The position numbers were made by a program, and so were the translations under genes. 64,000 bases of DNA, from contig RSEE01000071.1 of assembly GCA_003971905.1 (NCBI GenBank), positions 62,001 to 126,000 of the forward strand, given 5' to 3'. The DNA is from Moniliella sp. 'wahieum' (taxonomy: Eukaryota). The notes beneath the pieces were generated by a model. It was not told the origin of the DNA. It did no database searches and was given only the letters and a program-made list of their open reading frames with translations. Shown in pieces: positions 62,635 to 64,000 of this stretch (positions within the stretch are counted from its first letter, which is position 1; every line of letters begins with the position of its first letter).

Positions 62635-63561
62635 TTACACCACCCCTGCTACACCACCCCTGTTACACACTGTTACACCATCCCTGTTACACCACCGAGC
62701 TGGGGTCCATCGTGTTCCCCCCTCGGCTTGTGGCTCGGCTTCCTCTTCGTCGTCCAGCCAGCTCTGCTCGACGTCGCCTGACCGCCTCACGTACTCCCGC
62801 ATGTTCTCACGGTAGAGCGAGGCAGCTTCCACGTTGGCCGGGCTGTGGGAAGGCAAGGGAAAAAGGAAGGGAAAGAAAGCGATGGGGTTAGTTGGTTCGT
62901 TTGTTCGTGGTTCGGATGCGGCTGCACTGTGCTTTGTTGCTACCTTTCATCCTCCTCTGGCCGCTCCCCGAGCCAAGCCGAGCGCAGCACAGGAAGGAAG
63001 GGAAGGGAAGGAAGGGAGGAAGGGAAGGGAAGGAAGGGTGAAGGGAAGGGAAGGGAAGGGAAGGGAAGGGAAGGGAAGGGAAAGGAAGGGAAGGGAGGGA
63101 AGGGAGGGAAGGGAGGGAAGGGGGAAGGGAAGGGAAGGGAAGGGAAGGGAAGGGGAGAGGGGAGGCAAGGCCAAGGCCAAGGCCAAACAGTCCGTACGCA
63201 CCTATTGGGATTGGGATCATGCAACAGCGACTGAATCGAAGTCAAGATGGCCGTCACGTCGTACGTGGGGCTCCAGCGGTTCTGCAAGATGTCGAGGCAC
63301 AGTTCGCCATTGGCATACACGTTGGGATGGAACATCTTGGTGAGAAACTTGACGTGCGGCGGACGCGCAGGGTACGTCTCATCAAACGTCAACACCAACT
63401 TGAACGTGCCATCTTCAAACGGCGTTGCCGACGGACCAAAGATGACTGCATTCCATACCATCAGGTTGTCCCCAACGGGCGCACCGGAAATTCCCCCGGC
63501 GGATCGGCCGAGAGAGACGCTTAAAGTCCCGGATGAGACGCTTGCGCGAGGGTGTGGCCAT
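62635..63561 (-). CDS. RAD6: Ubiquitin-conjugating enzyme Rad6/Ubc2 (3' end uncertain)
   Basis: [32 protein letters not shown] and [26 protein letters not shown]. Intron 63201-62843, then SPANVEAA. Confidence 0.97.
62992..63152. repeat. (GGAAG)n purine tract in the RAD6 intron
   Basis: Seen directly. Confidence 0.9.
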
Positions 63562-64000
63562 AGGAAAGGGGAGGCAGGTGGATGTGGATGTGGAGGCGGA
63601 GGTGGAGACGGAGGCGAACGCAAAGACAAAGCCAAAGGCGAGATGGAGGTGGAGGTGCGGGACACACCGTAGCGGCTGTGAGTGGCAAATGGGGTGCACG
63701 AGGCTGGACCAGGCTGGGATGGCATGCTTGCTGCGTCGCTATCACGCTCGCCCTGTGTGCATGTGACGGGTGACGGGTGATGGCCATGCGTGGGAGCCAG
63801 CAGAGAGCACGAGGAGGCACGGGGTCTCTCTTGCCGCCTGCGGTCACCTGACCAGAGCGGCGGTGCAACAAGAGCCTGGCCGCAGGGGGGCCGCCTGTGC
63901 TTGCAGTGGCGCTTGCTTTGCCGTCGCTGCTGCCGCGGCGACGCACAGACAGCCCGGTGCGGTGGTCCTACATTAATTGGTACACGAGTATCACGATCGC

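Overview
This is 64 kb of a GC-rich, intron-poor fungal genome. Gene content and GT..CTRAC..AG introns point to a basidiomycete, but the species cannot be named from this window. Nearly every conserved gene carries 1-bp frameshifts, best explained as unpolished long-read errors, so CDS coordinates are spans rather than exact exon models. Host genes: FAH-family hydrolase, OPT transporter, SBA1/p23, TRM112, CRM1, GSH1, MAF1, a 33-aa two-exon metallothionein absent from the ORF track, MET12-type MTHFR, ARC35/ARPC2, an OSCA/TMEM63 channel and RAD6. Mobile DNA: a full-length Ty1/copia element (48567-54355, TSD GGGCG); a diverged second copy next to a Helitron relic, split by a 3.6-kb TIR element with a TA duplication; and a young 4.56-kb pol-less LTR element (37035-41598, TSD TCTGG) just upstream of MTHFR. 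Three observations stand out. (1) The pol-less element appears to encode a modular protein built from four different tandem-repeat domains, with synonymous variation between repeat units. (2) Both copia copies keep an in-frame TAG between gag and protease, followed by a conserved stem-loop, which implies programmed stop-codon readthrough. (3) Period-7 'palindrome+1' micro-repeats of many different sequences recur throughout the intergenic DNA.
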